From contig JADZAY010000006.1 of the NCBI GenBank assembly GCA_020852375.1, forward strand, positions 1-62,087: a DNA stretch of 62,087 nucleotides, read 5' to 3'. Position numbers and translations under genes: made by a program. The notes below the pieces were generated by a model. The model was not told the origin of the DNA, made no database searches, and was given only the letters and a program-made list of their open reading frames with translations. The stretch's first letter is position 1, and every line of letters starts with the position of its first letter. This DNA is from Candidatus Yanofskybacteria bacterium (GTDB lineage: Bacteria > Patescibacteriota > Minisyncoccia > 2-02-FULL-40-12 > GWA2-44-9). Below are positions 28,126 through 38,261 of this stretch, piece after piece.

Positions 28126-29006
28126 AGGCGTTCGATGATTTTGAGCTTCGCACTGCGTGAGCGCGGATTCGTGCTTACTTCGCCCCACGACGGGCGCACC
28201 GTCGATCTGGTCACCCAGCGAGCGGTACCGTTCTTTGCAGCAGTCTTGAAAAGTTCGCGAACGATCTTGTCCTCTGCCCCTTGGAAGGAGATGACCAGCA
28301 GTCGTCCTCCCGGCTTAAGCACCCGAAGCGCCGCCGCCACCCCCTGCTCGACATTCTCGAGTTCGGCATTCACGGCAACCCGGAGCGCTTGGAATGTTTT
28401 GGTCGCGCAGTGGAGTTTCCGATGCCGATACCATGCCGGAACCGCTGACTCGATGCACTGCACCAGGTCAGTGGTCGTACGGAGGGGGGCAGTTCGTCGG
28501 GCCAGAGCTACCGCCGCGGCGATCTGTCCGGCGAACTGCTCCTCGCCGTACTCGGTCAGGATCCGCTCCAGCTCTTCGATGGGCCACTCGTTCACGATGC
28601 GACTTGCCGTCACGGGGTTCGTCTCGGGGTTGAACCGCATGTCGAGCGGCTCATCTCGAAGGAACGAGAACCCGCGACCGCTCGTTTCGTAGTGCAACGA
28701 TGACAGGCCGAGGTCGAAGAGGATGCCGTCGGGAGCCACACCATGGTCGGCGCAGATGCGCTCCAAGTTGGTGTAGGTATCGTTCACGACCGTGACTATG
28801 CCAACAAGCTCGGGATGGCGCTCCGGAAATGCGGCGGCGATGGTCGGGTCCCATTCGATGCCGAGCACTCGTGCCCCCGTCGCCACGATCGCAGCGGCGT
28901 GGCCGCCACCGTTCAGCGTGCAGTCAACGATCCACTGTCCGGGCTTCGGATCCAGGTATGCAATAACTTCGTCTAAAAGAACCGGGGTATGATTCGCGTC
29001 GCTCAT
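28122..29006 (-). CDS. rsmH: 16S rRNA m4C1402 methyltransferase
   Basis: HTPVLLDEV, DCTLNGGGH, FDLGLSS, PLDMR, NPRSRSAKL. Confidence 0.97.
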   Translation of the reverse strand: MSDANHTPVLLDEVIAYLDPKPGQWIVDCTLNGGGHAAAIVATGARVLGIEWDPTIAAAFPERHPELVGIVTVVNDTYTNLERICADHGVAPDGILFDLGLSSLHYETSGRGFSFLRDEPLDMRFNPETNPVTASRIVNEWPIEELERILTEYGEEQFAGQIAAAVALARRTAPLRTTTDLVQCIESAVPAWYRHRKLHCATKTFQALRVAVNAELENVEQGVAAALRVLKPGGRLLVISFQGAEDKIVRELFKTAAKNGTARWVTRSTVRPSWGEVSTNPRSRSAKLKIIERL

Positions 29007-29441
29007 TCAAATGGTGCCCAGATCCCCTAACTTCTGAGCAATTGCGTCTCCGTTCTTCTCAAGTGCCGCCTTGTACTTCTCCCAAGCCTTTCGATCCCAG
29101 ATCTCCAGCCGTGTATGCACCCCCGCAACAACGACTTCCCGCGTGAGCGATGCATACTGCTTCAGATAGTCCGGAACCAGGATGCGGCCGAGGGAATCGA
29201 ACTGGACCTCGCTTGCGCCGGAGAGAAGAAGCCGAGCGAACGAGCGGCTGTCGGACTGCGCCATTGGCAATCCAGCGATCCGCTGCGCGAGCGCCTCCCA
29301 CTGTGTCCGAGGAAAGAGCCACAAGCACCCATCCAATCCGCGAGTGAGTACGGCACCGGCTCCAAGCTCCTTGCGGAATTTTGCAGGAATCGACAGGCGC
29401 TTCTTCGGGTCCAAATTGTGGACGTGTTCGCCTATCAGCAT
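29007..29441 (-). CDS. mraZ: Transcriptional regulator MraZ
   Basis: DPKKRLSIPAKFR, DSLGRILVP, EIWD. Confidence 0.97.
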   Translation of the reverse strand: MLIGEHVHNLDPKKRLSIPAKFRKELGAGAVLTRGLDGCLWLFPRTQWEALAQRIAGLPMAQSDSRSFARLLLSGASEVQFDSLGRILVPDYLKQYASLTREVVVAGVHTRLEIWDRKAWEKYKAALEKNGDAIAQKLGDLGTI

Positions 29442-29487
29442 TCCACTTTATAACACTCCGTCCCACTACATAGACATTATATCCCAC
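29442..29487 (-). promoter_or_regulatory. MraZ-binding direct repeats and -10 box
   Basis: Minus-strand GTGGG/GTGTT/GTGGA at 10-nt spacing, a fourth GTGGG 21 nt upstream, and TATAAT at 29481-29476. Matches the known MraZ operator pattern. Confidence 0.7.
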
Positions 29488-29584
29488 CGCCTGCAGAGAC
29501 GACAAGTGGATAATTCAGAACAGAAAACAGCGCGTTCAGCGCTGTTTTCATCAGTTCAACAACTAGCTGCGAGCCGACCGGGTG

Positions 29585-29658
29585 TGGGCGCACCTGGATT
29601 CGAACCAGGGACCTTTGCAATGTGAATGCAACGCTCTAACCAGCTGAGCTATGCGCCC
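29585..29658 (-). tRNA. tRNA-Val(CAC)
   Basis: Cloverleaf, anticodon arm TTGCA-TT-CAC-AT-TGCAA. Confidence 0.95.
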
Positions 29659-29706
29659 GCAGGAAGTATTGTAGCACAGAACCCGGCACTTGGCCAGGTT
29701 CTCGAT

Positions 29707-30303
29707 CTACCGATCCAGTTTATCGATGATCTTCCGATGCGGTCCCTCGAGAAGAACCCGGAGGAATCGGTCGAACATCTCATACCGATACTTGAATTCG
29801 TCGGTCTCCATGACTCCAAACCGGATCTCGGTGCCCATTTCCGCCTCAAGGGATTTCAGGAGCTTCGTCAGCTTGCCGCGATCGATATCGTCCCCCACGA
29901 TGAACAGGTCCGCGGGCGTTTCGTATGTCGTGTCATCCGGCTGACTCACGAAAATACCCGCAACGACCGCGAGCTTCACACGGCCAAGCGATGCGATGCG
30001 CTTCACGATGCGATCGGTCTCCGCCGGGGACGGTTTCAGGACCAGGTCTTGAAGCTCCTCGAAGAAATCAAACTCCGCAGTAAGTCCGTAGCGCTCGCTC
30101 CCCGCTTTCGCGCCGCGAACTTTTCGCGCCAGCCCGATCTGCTGCAGCACCACCAGCTCACGCCGGACGATGAACGACGGCTCCTGAACGCGCACCACAA
30201 GGTCGCTCATCGCGAGCGCCTCCGGATGCTGACGATACAGCAGTTTCAACAGCTTCACGCGAACCCGTGAACCGAACAAATTATCCAGTATCGATTTTGA
30301 CAT
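29707..30303 (-). CDS. Winged-HTH plus nucleotidyltransferase-like protein
   Basis: LFGSRVRVKLL HTH start, then an NTase-like beta region (AGIF..ADLFIVGD) with degenerate motifs. Confidence 0.7.
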   Translation of the reverse strand: MSKSILDNLFGSRVRVKLLKLLYRQHPEALAMSDLVVRVQEPSFIVRRELVVLQQIGLARKVRGAKAGSERYGLTAEFDFFEELQDLVLKPSPAETDRIVKRIASLGRVKLAVVAGIFVSQPDDTTYETPADLFIVGDDIDRGKLTKLLKSLEAEMGTEIRFGVMETDEFKYRYEMFDRFLRVLLEGPHRKIIDKLDR

Positions 30304-30398
30304 AGATGCATCCGCTCGCGTACAATGAGAACGCGCAGATAACTCTCGTGCGCAACCCTAGCGCACCTCTCCGGCATTGGCAAGTGAACGATACCGTC

Positions 30399-32399
30399 AT
30401 GGAGAAACTCACCCTCACTCCTCACCTGAATGAAATTGTCGTGAACAACGGCGCCTCCGACGGCGCCGTTGACGTGTTCTCATACACACCGGACGATGCG
30501 GCAAGCCGTCCGCTCGGCTCGATCTCCATCATCGGATATCGAAGCACCGATTCCAGCAACATGGGCTACATGGTGAGCCTCCTCGCAGCCCTTGCCCGCC
30601 GCGAGTACTACGCCCAGCCTGGCACGCCCCCGCGAGAGGCATTCGCCCGCACGCTCCGCAAGGCGAACGAAGTCGTCGAGGAATTCTTCCGCGCCGGTGA
30701 TGTGGCGCTTTCCGTCGGCATCGTTGCGATCGCCGGCAGTACGCTCATGGTCAGCAAGCTGGATAAGTTCAAGATCCTCCTCGCCCGCGATGAGCAGGTC
30801 ATCGATGTGCTCGGCAACGTCGCCCTCTTCTCGAAGGATCACGGAGAGCGACGAGGATTCTCTAGTGTCATCCATGGCTCTGTTCAGCCAGGAGACCGCA
30901 TCCTTGCATTCGTGCCCACGCGCTCCGTGACCGCCCGCGAGCGCACGATGAAAACTTGGCTCCTGAAACTGCCACACGATGCTTTTGCCGAACACGTCGC
31001 CAAGATCGGACAGCAGCACGCCACCTTCGCCACCGCGATGCTCCACGTCACCATCGAACAGAACGCCGAACCGGCGGCACAGCCGTCGCCGCAACCCCGA
31101 GAGCTTATGCCGGAAACCCCTCTCGTAGCGCCTGCTGCGCCTCCCGTGCAGGTTTCCATGGCATGGGCGCCTCGTCAGCACCGAACTCCCGAACCCGTCG
31201 CCACGACCCCGCCCGCACCCGTTCACCACGCCATCGAAGCGGAACCGGAAGTCCCCCGCATCATTTCGAGTGAGTTCGCGCTCGGTATCCGTCGCAATAT
31301 GTTCTCCCGCCTCAGCGACCGTATCCGCTTCATCCGCTTCGATAAGCGCGGCAAGGCGATCGCGCTCGGCCTCGTGGCGCTCGTCATCGCCGGCGGGACA
31401 CTTTCAGCCCGCTCGTTGTTCTTCACCAGCACCCAAGAGCAAGAGACGAAACGGATCGTTGCCGATGTCACGCGCGACATCGACCTTGCCCGCACCAAAG
31501 CGGCGCAAGACGAGCAAAACGAAGCACGCCAAATCCTTGGGCGCGCCCTTTCCGCGCTTACCGCAGTGGACCACTCGAACGAGACCGCGACCGCGCTTCA
31601 GGCAACAATCGGTGCAGCGCTGGATGAGCTCGATCATGCTCGCGCCGTTTCCGCATCGCTGATCGCCGCACCCGGAGAACACGAGTCGGCGCCATCGCTC
31701 GTCGCATGGGCGTCTGCGTCGCAGACCGTCTGGGTTGGTGGCATATCAGAGAACAGCACCACCTGGACTGCGGCCATCCATGACGGCGCGTTCGGCACGC
31801 GCCTTGATTTCGGCGCCCTGAAGGCCGATATCCTCCTCGGCTGGCGTGATGGCGTTGTCGCCATCGACCTCCCCAACCGCATTATCGCGCGGTCCGTCGG
31901 AGGCACCCCAAAGCTATATACGATCCCCACACAAGAGGATCTCCAGGATGCCGCAGAATTCGCCGATGCGATCTACGTTCTCACCGACGCTTCCATCCTC
32001 AAGATCACAGACCTCGATACCGACAAGCCCGTCACCAAGCAGTGGCTCACCAAAGACGGCGAGTTCGTTCCGGGGGCTTCTCGTATCTGGGTGGATGGGA
32101 CGATTTGGACAATGGGGCGCGATGGCACGCTCAGCGCCTACTACAAAGGCGCCCGCACCGGACGAGTAATGGCGCCGATAGCGCCGTCAGGCACCTGGCG
32201 ACTGATCGGCTCCCCCGATGGGCTCCTGACTGCCGCACAGGGTGATGCGCGCCGCATGTATCTACTGGATCCGAAATCCGGGGAACTGGATCACACGCTG
32301 AAGATCGAATCCGACCAGCCGTTCACCGCCCTCTCCGTCGGCCCCGATTACTCGACGCTTCTCGTCGCCAAGGACGGCCGCATCTGGCAGGTAAGATAA
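30399..32399 (+). CDS. Membrane protein: PP2C-like N-domain, Pro-rich linker, TM, beta-propeller-like C-domain
   Basis: Domain inference from composition and SVIHGSVQPGDRI. TM at KAIALGLVALV. Confidence 0.65.
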   Translation: MEKLTLTPHLNEIVVNNGASDGAVDVFSYTPDDAASRPLGSISIIGYRSTDSSNMGYMVSLLAALARREYYAQPGTPPREAFARTLRKANEVVEEFFRAGDVALSVGIVAIAGSTLMVSKLDKFKILLARDEQVIDVLGNVALFSKDHGERRGFSSVIHGSVQPGDRILAFVPTRSVTARERTMKTWLLKLPHDAFAEHVAKIGQQHATFATAMLHVTIEQNAEPAAQPSPQPRELMPETPLVAPAAPPVQVSMAWAPRQHRTPEPVATTPPAPVHHAIEAEPEVPRIISSEFALGIRRNMFSRLSDRIRFIRFDKRGKAIALGLVALVIAGGTLSARSLFFTSTQEQETKRIVADVTRDIDLARTKAAQDEQNEARQILGRALSALTAVDHSNETATALQATIGAALDELDHARAVSASLIAAPGEHESAPSLVAWASASQTVWVGGISENSTTWTAAIHDGAFGTRLDFGALKADILLGWRDGVVAIDLPNRIIARSVGGTPKLYTIPTQEDLQDAAEFADAIYVLTDASILKITDLDTDKPVTKQWLTKDGEFVPGASRIWVDGTIWTMGRDGTLSAYYKGARTGRVMAPIAPSGTWRLIGSPDGLLTAAQGDARRMYLLDPKSGELDHTLKIESDQPFTALSVGPDYSTLLVAKDGRIWQVR

Positions 32400-32492
32400 A
32401 AAGGCTGGACCCCGACGAGGTCCGAGCGATTTCCTGAGCGAGAGGCCATAGGCCGTGCATGAGGAGGGCCTGGGGAGGCAGGAGCGAATCAA

Positions 32493-32524
32493 AATCAAAA
32501 CACCCCATCCGGGGTGTTTTGATT
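32493..32524. terminator. Bidirectional terminator between convergent genes
   Basis: AATCAAAACACCCC-ATCC-GGGGTGTTTTGATT. Confidence 0.8.
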
Positions 32525-32577
32525 CGCCATGAGCGACGCTGGAAGGGTGCGAGCGTACTCGCGAGGCCCCTCCAGAC

Positions 32578-32943
32578 TTACTTCAGCTCGACGACGGCTC
32601 CAACCTCCTGGAGTTTCTTCTTCATCTCCTCGGCCTCCGCAGTCTTCACGTTCTCTTTGACGATCGAGCCCTCCTTGTCGGTCATATCCTTGACCTCCTT
32701 GAGTCCCAGCCCGGTCAGTTCGCGGAGCACCTTGATCACCTGGATCTTCTGGTCGCCCGCCTTCGCGAGCACCACGGTGAACGCATCCTTCTCTTCCCCG
32801 GCGGCAGCGCCACCGGCGGCAGGCGCAGCGGCTGCGAACGCAGCGGCAGACACGCCGAACTTCTCTTCCAGTGCCTTCACGAGCCCATTGAGCTCGGAAG
32901 CGGTCATCTGTTCGATGGCCTCAACGAATTTCGCTTGGTCCAT
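32578..32943 (-). CDS. rplL: 50S ribosomal protein L7/L12
   Basis: [29 protein letters not shown]. Confidence 0.98.
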   Translation of the reverse strand: MDQAKFVEAIEQMTASELNGLVKALEEKFGVSAAAFAAAAPAAGGAAAGEEKDAFTVVLAKAGDQKIQVIKVLRELTGLGLKEVKDMTDKEGSIVKENVKTAEAEEMKKKLQEVGAVVELK

Positions 32944-32956
32944 GAATGGTAATGAA

Positions 32957-33589
32957 TTACGAGGTTGCTACTTCTTCTGCGGGAGCGGCTGCCTCGGCGG
33001 CAGGCTCCGTGACCGTCGGTTCCGCTGCAGGCTCTACAACGGGCTCCGCGGCCGGCGCAGGAGCTTCCGGAGCGGCGGGAGCCGCAGCCGTTTTGTTCTT
33101 TGCGACCTGATCGAGCACAATCGCCAGGGACTTCACCGGGTACTGCAACATACCCAAGAGACGGGCGATGAGCTCCTCGCGAGACGGCAGGGTTGCCATA
33201 TCGGTCAGCTCCGCAAGAGATATGGCGTGTCCGTCGGTCCATGCCGCAAACAGTTTGAGCGCCGGATTCGCTTTCGCGAACTGGTACAACTGCTTGGCGG
33301 CGGCGTAGACATCTCCGTGTGCCAGGACGAGCCCCATCGAGCCATCCATCCCGAACACATCGACGCCGTCATACTTGAGCTGCTGGAGCGCCTTGTCGAC
33401 GAGCGTCTTCTTGGCGACCACATACTCGCTCTCCACACTTCGAAGTGCCCGCTTCAACTCCTGCAGCTGCGCCACCGACAATCCCTGCTCACCTCCGCGA
33501 GCGAAGGTGGTGAAGATGGTGATGGAGGCATCCGGCAGAGTTGTTGCCAGCGCATCGATACTCTCCTTTTTCTGTACTTTTGTTTTCAT
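32957..33589 (-). CDS. rplJ: 50S ribosomal protein L10 with A/P/E-rich tail
   Basis: [30 protein letters not shown]. Start at MKTK. Confidence 0.95.
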   Translation of the reverse strand: MKTKVQKKESIDALATTLPDASITIFTTFARGGEQGLSVAQLQELKRALRSVESEYVVAKKTLVDKALQQLKYDGVDVFGMDGSMGLVLAHGDVYAAAKQLYQFAKANPALKLFAAWTDGHAISLAELTDMATLPSREELIARLLGMLQYPVKSLAIVLDQVAKNKTAAAPAAPEAPAPAAEPVVEPAAEPTVTEPAAEAAAPAEEVATS

Positions 33590-33696
33590 AATGATATGAG
33601 CAGAAAAAAAGATCTGCTCATCGCAGATCGACCTGAGACGCCCCCGAAAAGGGGCCCTCACCTCGGGGCGACTTATGGCTGCGCCCTGTCTACGAT
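33590..33696 (-). ncRNA. L10 leader with terminator-like hairpin
   Basis: CGTAGACA-GGGCG...CGCCC-CGAGG resembles the L10-leader core. It is followed by GATCTGC-GATGA-GCAGATC-T7. Confidence 0.75.
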
Positions 33697-33768
33697 GATA
33701 GGAATACTATAGCAAATACCCCGGCATAAGTAAAGAGGGTCCGGATTCCGGACCCTCAACCGCCTCGC

Positions 33769-34113
33769 CTAGCGCTGTTCGACGTTCAGGACGCACAGCT
33801 GGAGTCGGGGGTTGCAGTAGCCCTCCACGTGCTCCCCGGTGAGTAGGCGCCCCCGGATCCACCAAGACGGCGCCTTCATTATGAGCGTCGGACGGATCGG
33901 GCACGGCCCATCTTTTTCGATGAGGTCCGACCCGGTAACCTCGACCGTGAGACGCTCCGGCACGCCATGGCCATGCTCATTCAAGAAGTGCCCGTCCAAA
34001 TGGAGCCGACGAACACCGACATACTTATCGAAGCGGTCGTAATGCGCGAGCATCAGTTTCATGAGAGAAACCGAGCTCCCACCGACGTGGTACTGTCTCG
34101 TCGCGGCGGCCAT
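33769..34113 (-). CDS. Hypothetical protein
   Basis: AGGGGG SD before the ATG at 34113. A hairpin at 33735-33757 follows the stop. Confidence 0.5.
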   Translation of the reverse strand: MAAATRQYHVGGSSVSLMKLMLAHYDRFDKYVGVRRLHLDGHFLNEHGHGVPERLTVEVTGSDLIEKDGPCPIRPTLIMKAPSWWIRGRLLTGEHVEGYCNPRLQLCVLNVEQR

Positions 34114-34357
34114 ACGGCCCCCTTCTTTGCCTATGCACTCCCAGGCAGGTGCGGGAGTGTGACGCCGTTGCCCTTTCGGACCACCCCTCCATACAGAGAG
34201 GAATTGCAATGACTATACGATGTTCTGGAAAAAAGTAAAGCCTCGACCGATGGCCGAGGCTCACACCGCGCTAGAGGCCCTGCAGGCCTCGCTTGATCTT
34301 ACGCACCAGGCGGTTCATCGCTTCGCGATCCGCGCCCCGAGCCAAAAGTAAATTGGC

Positions 34358-35335
34358 CTAGAACCCTAGATACTTCGCGCGATTGCGAAGATGCTCCTCG
34401 AGCGTCTTCGAGTAGATCAGCTGCGAGCCGTCGCGCGTGGAAAGGTAGTAGAGATACGGTGAGTCCTTCGGATGCGCTGCCGCCGACAGCGCCTGTATAC
34501 CCGGGTTCGCGATCGGCCCCGCAGGAAGCCCTGCGCGGGTATAGGTGTTGTACGGGCCGTCGATCTTCAGTTCGGATGCGATGGGCGCTTGCGTGACATC
34601 GCATGCTCCGGCATACCCAACAGTGCGCAGACACCAGCCGTATGCAACGGTCGCATCGATCTGCAGCGGCATGCCGCGGCGCATACGCTCCCGAATGATC
34701 CCCGCGACCAGCGCCATATCTTCGGCGGACTTCGCCTCTTTCTCCAGCATGGAAGCGATGACCAGCTCATCGCGACGCAGTGTTCCGGCGCGCTTCCCGA
34801 ACTCAGCTTTCATGCGGTCCACGATGTCGGAAACGGTCGCATCCTTGGCAAAGCGATAGGTCTCCGGGAACAAACTCCCCTCCGCACTTCCCGCCACACG
34901 CGAGAATTGGCCGGTGCGCGCAAGAAGGCCCGCGGAATGGAAGATGCGATCCAGCTCCCATGCGTTCACACCCTCCGGAACGGTCACCATAACATCGTCC
35001 GATAGCGCCTCCCCCGCTGCAATCATGCCGGCGATGACTGGCACGGGATCGCACGGGCACAACAGATAGGTTCCCGCTTGCAGCTCGTGTGCGCGATTCG
35101 TGAGTGCAACGTATGCGGAGAATCCGATCCAGTGTCGGATCACTCCTTCACGCTGAAGGGTACGCGCGATCCCTGCCGCTCCGATACCCTTCGGAATAAC
35201 GACCGCTCGAGGGGCCGCACCGTCATCGCGCGCGGAAAACAGGAATGAAGCCCCGGTGAGAATGGCAATACAAACGGCCGCCACGAGAATGACAGCCGTT
35301 TGTCGTCGATCGAATCGCTTGAAGAGTTCCCGCAT
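34358..35335 (-). CDS. mltG: Endolytic transglycosylase MltG
   Basis: VTVPEG, EGSLFPETY, IASMLEKEA, LQIDATV, YNTY..GLPAGPIANPG. Confidence 0.95.
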   Translation of the reverse strand: MRELFKRFDRRQTAVILVAAVCIAILTGASFLFSARDDGAAPRAVVIPKGIGAAGIARTLQREGVIRHWIGFSAYVALTNRAHELQAGTYLLCPCDPVPVIAGMIAAGEALSDDVMVTVPEGVNAWELDRIFHSAGLLARTGQFSRVAGSAEGSLFPETYRFAKDATVSDIVDRMKAEFGKRAGTLRRDELVIASMLEKEAKSAEDMALVAGIIRERMRRGMPLQIDATVAYGWCLRTVGYAGACDVTQAPIASELKIDGPYNTYTRAGLPAGPIANPGIQALSAAAHPKDSPYLYYLSTRDGSQLIYSKTLEEHLRNRAKYLGF

Positions 35336-35349
35336 CCCCGCCTACTGTA

Positions 35350-37824
35350 CTACCGAAGCGGCTGAGTGTCGATGACCTTCCCTGGGGGAATCGCGCGCTG
35401 ACCGGTTTCCAGCTGAGCGATCTTCGTTGCAAGGACCTCGTTGTCCGGATTTGCTTTCTGGATCTCCCGTAGCTGAGCAAGCGCGTCATCGATCGCGCCG
35501 CGATCCTCAAGTAACAGCGCGTAGTACCACCGCGCGTTCGCAAAGTTCGGTGCGACGAGCACCGCTCGCTGCATTGCAATGTATGCATCGTCCTTTTGGC
35601 CCGCACGGATGTAGAGTAGTCCGAGCTCGAAGATCAGGGTCGACTCGTTCGGATTATAGGGAACGATCTTCTCAAGCTGTGCAATCGCCTCGTTCACCTT
35701 CCCCTGCCGGTCGTACACTGCACCAAGGTTGTAAATGGCAAGGCCGTAACTCCCGGACTTCTCGATCGCTCGCTTGAAGGCGCTCTCGGCATTGGCAAGC
35801 GACGCGTCCCACTCCTTCTCAAGCCGACTCGCGGTGGGGGCATTCGACTGATTCGCGAGCGACCGCACAAGATCAGCTCGCGTCAGCCACATCTGACCGA
35901 CCCTATTGTCGAATAACGGATCACCTGGGCGAAGCTCACCCGCTTTACGGAACGCATCCTCGGCAAGTTGCTCAACGTTCTCGACAAGCCCGGTCAACGA
36001 TTGGTATACGTCTCCCAGATTGCTCCAGTTCATTGACTCCAGCGGCTGAACGGTCGCGGCCCGCTGAGCGAGCTGGATGCTCGAGGAGATCAGATTTTGA
36101 ACGCGCTGAGCGCGATTTGCATCCGCATCGCGCTTCGCCGCCTCAGTGCGAAGGAGAGCGAGCGCAGTTTGTGATGCACTGCGGAGATATTCGTCATTCG
36201 TCGAGTTCAGGTTCATTGCTCGAACCAGTGCATTCATGACCTCCTCATTCGACGAAAGCGCGCGAGCATGCGCATATCGCGCATCGGCAAGATACCGAAC
36301 GGTCGTCAGGTACAGCCCCGACAGGACGACGATAAGACCGACGATGAATCCGAGCGAGGCGGACAGCGACACGATAGGACGATCCTCGATATCAAAGGAT
36401 GTCGATTTCGTGCCCGACACAGCGAGTCCGGCAAGCACCAGAAGCGCCACGGTCACCATCCAGAGCGGCAACGGGAAGGGATAGAGCAGGAATGCCGCAA
36501 TAGCTGCAATAAGCGACGCAAACACCCCCGTCGCCTCGGTCGCACCGGAACGAGCAGTGGCGACCGAAAGCATGCCACCGAACTGCCGAAGAAGCTGGAA
36601 GAGTCCCCAGATCATCACTCCCAACGCCAGCACTGCGAGTAGTCCGCCATGCACGATGACATTGAAGAGCTCGGAGGTTGCATCGAAGAATCGGATCGAA
36701 GAAAGTTCCGAACTCGCGATCTTTCCTGCACCGAACCGATCGAATGTGAGGCTAAAGTTCTCCGGACCCCATCCGAAGATCAGGCGCTCCTTGATGACGC
36801 TCGTAGCGATCCCAAACGAAAGCTGATACGACGGAGCAACCTCGACCGGAAACGCTGATTTCAACTGCGGAACACTGAATCGCACCAGGAGCAGGAATGC
36901 ACCGACCACCAGCACGATAACGGGAACGATGAACCGCGAGAGCACGAACCGCCGCTTCCTGCCGCCATAATCCTGTGCAAGCTGCGCGGCATTGAGGCTG
37001 TCGAACGCGATCGTGGCGAGCATACCGACCAACGCAACGGTCCAGAGCACCCACCAATTTAGGATGCCGAGCACCAGAATAGAGAGCGCGATGCCGAGGA
37101 TCGCGAGCGAGCCGATCACGCGACCAGCCGCGCGCATACCCGTCCGTGCGAACAGCGGCAAGAGGATGGCTGCGAAAACACCCACTACATTCAGCGAACC
37201 CAACGGGGTGAACCCGCGCGCATGCGTGAACGACCCGGGGAGGATGTACCAGCCGAACATTTGGCATACACCAGCGATCAGCGCGACAACACCGGAGACG
37301 AGAAGCGCCGTGCGAAGCATGCGACCGCCATCATGAAGCGTATTGACGGCAAGGAAATAGAAGAGCGCGAGCGCGATGAAGCTCAGGAGGGATGAGCTTA
37401 CACTTGCACTGAACCCGAACAGACTTTTTGCGGGAGTAAGCGAGAAGATCGTCGCAACGATCATTGCACCCAAAAATGCAAGGACGCCTTTATCTAGAGG
37501 CGATGATCGCACCGTAAGGGTACCCCGGATCACTACGCCGAGGAGCCAAGAGACCAGCCCCACCGACACCAACACCAAAAGGAGCGCCTGCTTGTTGTAG
37601 TCTAGCACGCCGCTCGTCCACGGAAGATAGAAAAGCGGAACGAGCGCAGCGGCAGCAATCAGTACGACCCGTACGATGGTGTCGTATACCGAACTTCCGG
37701 CACCGCGCTTCTCCGGCTTTTCAGAACGAACCGCTGCGAGCTCTGCCACCGGCTCCGACTCCACCACGGGGCGCTCCTCCGGAAGCACCGGGGAAACGCG
37801 CGGCTTCATGAAATTGAGTTTCAT
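35350..37824 (-). CDS. O-antigen-ligase-like polytopic membrane protein with TPR tail
   Basis: About 12 TM segments, FGWGPENF motif, C-terminal TPR repeats. Confidence 0.8.
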   Translation of the reverse strand: MKLNFMKPRVSPVLPEERPVVESEPVAELAAVRSEKPEKRGAGSSVYDTIVRVVLIAAAALVPLFYLPWTSGVLDYNKQALLLVLVSVGLVSWLLGVVIRGTLTVRSSPLDKGVLAFLGAMIVATIFSLTPAKSLFGFSASVSSSLLSFIALALFYFLAVNTLHDGGRMLRTALLVSGVVALIAGVCQMFGWYILPGSFTHARGFTPLGSLNVVGVFAAILLPLFARTGMRAAGRVIGSLAILGIALSILVLGILNWWVLWTVALVGMLATIAFDSLNAAQLAQDYGGRKRRFVLSRFIVPVIVLVVGAFLLLVRFSVPQLKSAFPVEVAPSYQLSFGIATSVIKERLIFGWGPENFSLTFDRFGAGKIASSELSSIRFFDATSELFNVIVHGGLLAVLALGVMIWGLFQLLRQFGGMLSVATARSGATEATGVFASLIAAIAAFLLYPFPLPLWMVTVALLVLAGLAVSGTKSTSFDIEDRPIVSLSASLGFIVGLIVVLSGLYLTTVRYLADARYAHARALSSNEEVMNALVRAMNLNSTNDEYLRSASQTALALLRTEAAKRDADANRAQRVQNLISSSIQLAQRAATVQPLESMNWSNLGDVYQSLTGLVENVEQLAEDAFRKAGELRPGDPLFDNRVGQMWLTRADLVRSLANQSNAPTASRLEKEWDASLANAESAFKRAIEKSGSYGLAIYNLGAVYDRQGKVNEAIAQLEKIVPYNPNESTLIFELGLLYIRAGQKDDAYIAMQRAVLVAPNFANARWYYALLLEDRGAIDDALAQLREIQKANPDNEVLATKIAQLETGQRAIPPGKVIDTQPLR

Positions 37825-38009
37825 CGATCACATATGCCACACCCGCTTACAAGCCGCCGTCGAGCGACTCCCTCCACGAGTAGTGGCCGAGTAGTACCTT
37901 CCCATCATACCACGCCATGCTCCGCGACCTGTTGATGACAGAACATTTGACCTTCGCGCGCGTCTGCGATACGCTTCCCGCACATTCATAAACATTAGTA
38001 TCTCGCTCT

Positions 38010-38228
38010 ATGCCAAAGAAATACCTCATGGTGCAGGAAGTCGCACGCCTCCTGGGAGTCACACCGCTGACCATCAGGAATTGGGATGCGAAAGGAAAGC
38101 TCCCCGCGTACCGCCACCCCCTCAACAACTATCGTATGTACAAAGTTGAGGATGTCGAGACGATCATCCGGAAAATGGAGATCTCCCGCGAGAAACCGAA
38201 AGCGCGGAAAATCGATATCGTTGGTTAA
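38010..38228 (+). CDS. MerR-type HTH-only DNA-binding protein
   Basis: VQEVARLLGVTPLTIRNWDAKGKL..R...NYRMY. Confidence 0.9.
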   Translation: MPKKYLMVQEVARLLGVTPLTIRNWDAKGKLPAYRHPLNNYRMYKVEDVETIIRKMEISREKPKARKIDIVG

Positions 38229-38261
38229 GAAAAGCCCCTCACTCTCGTGAGGGGCTGAACG

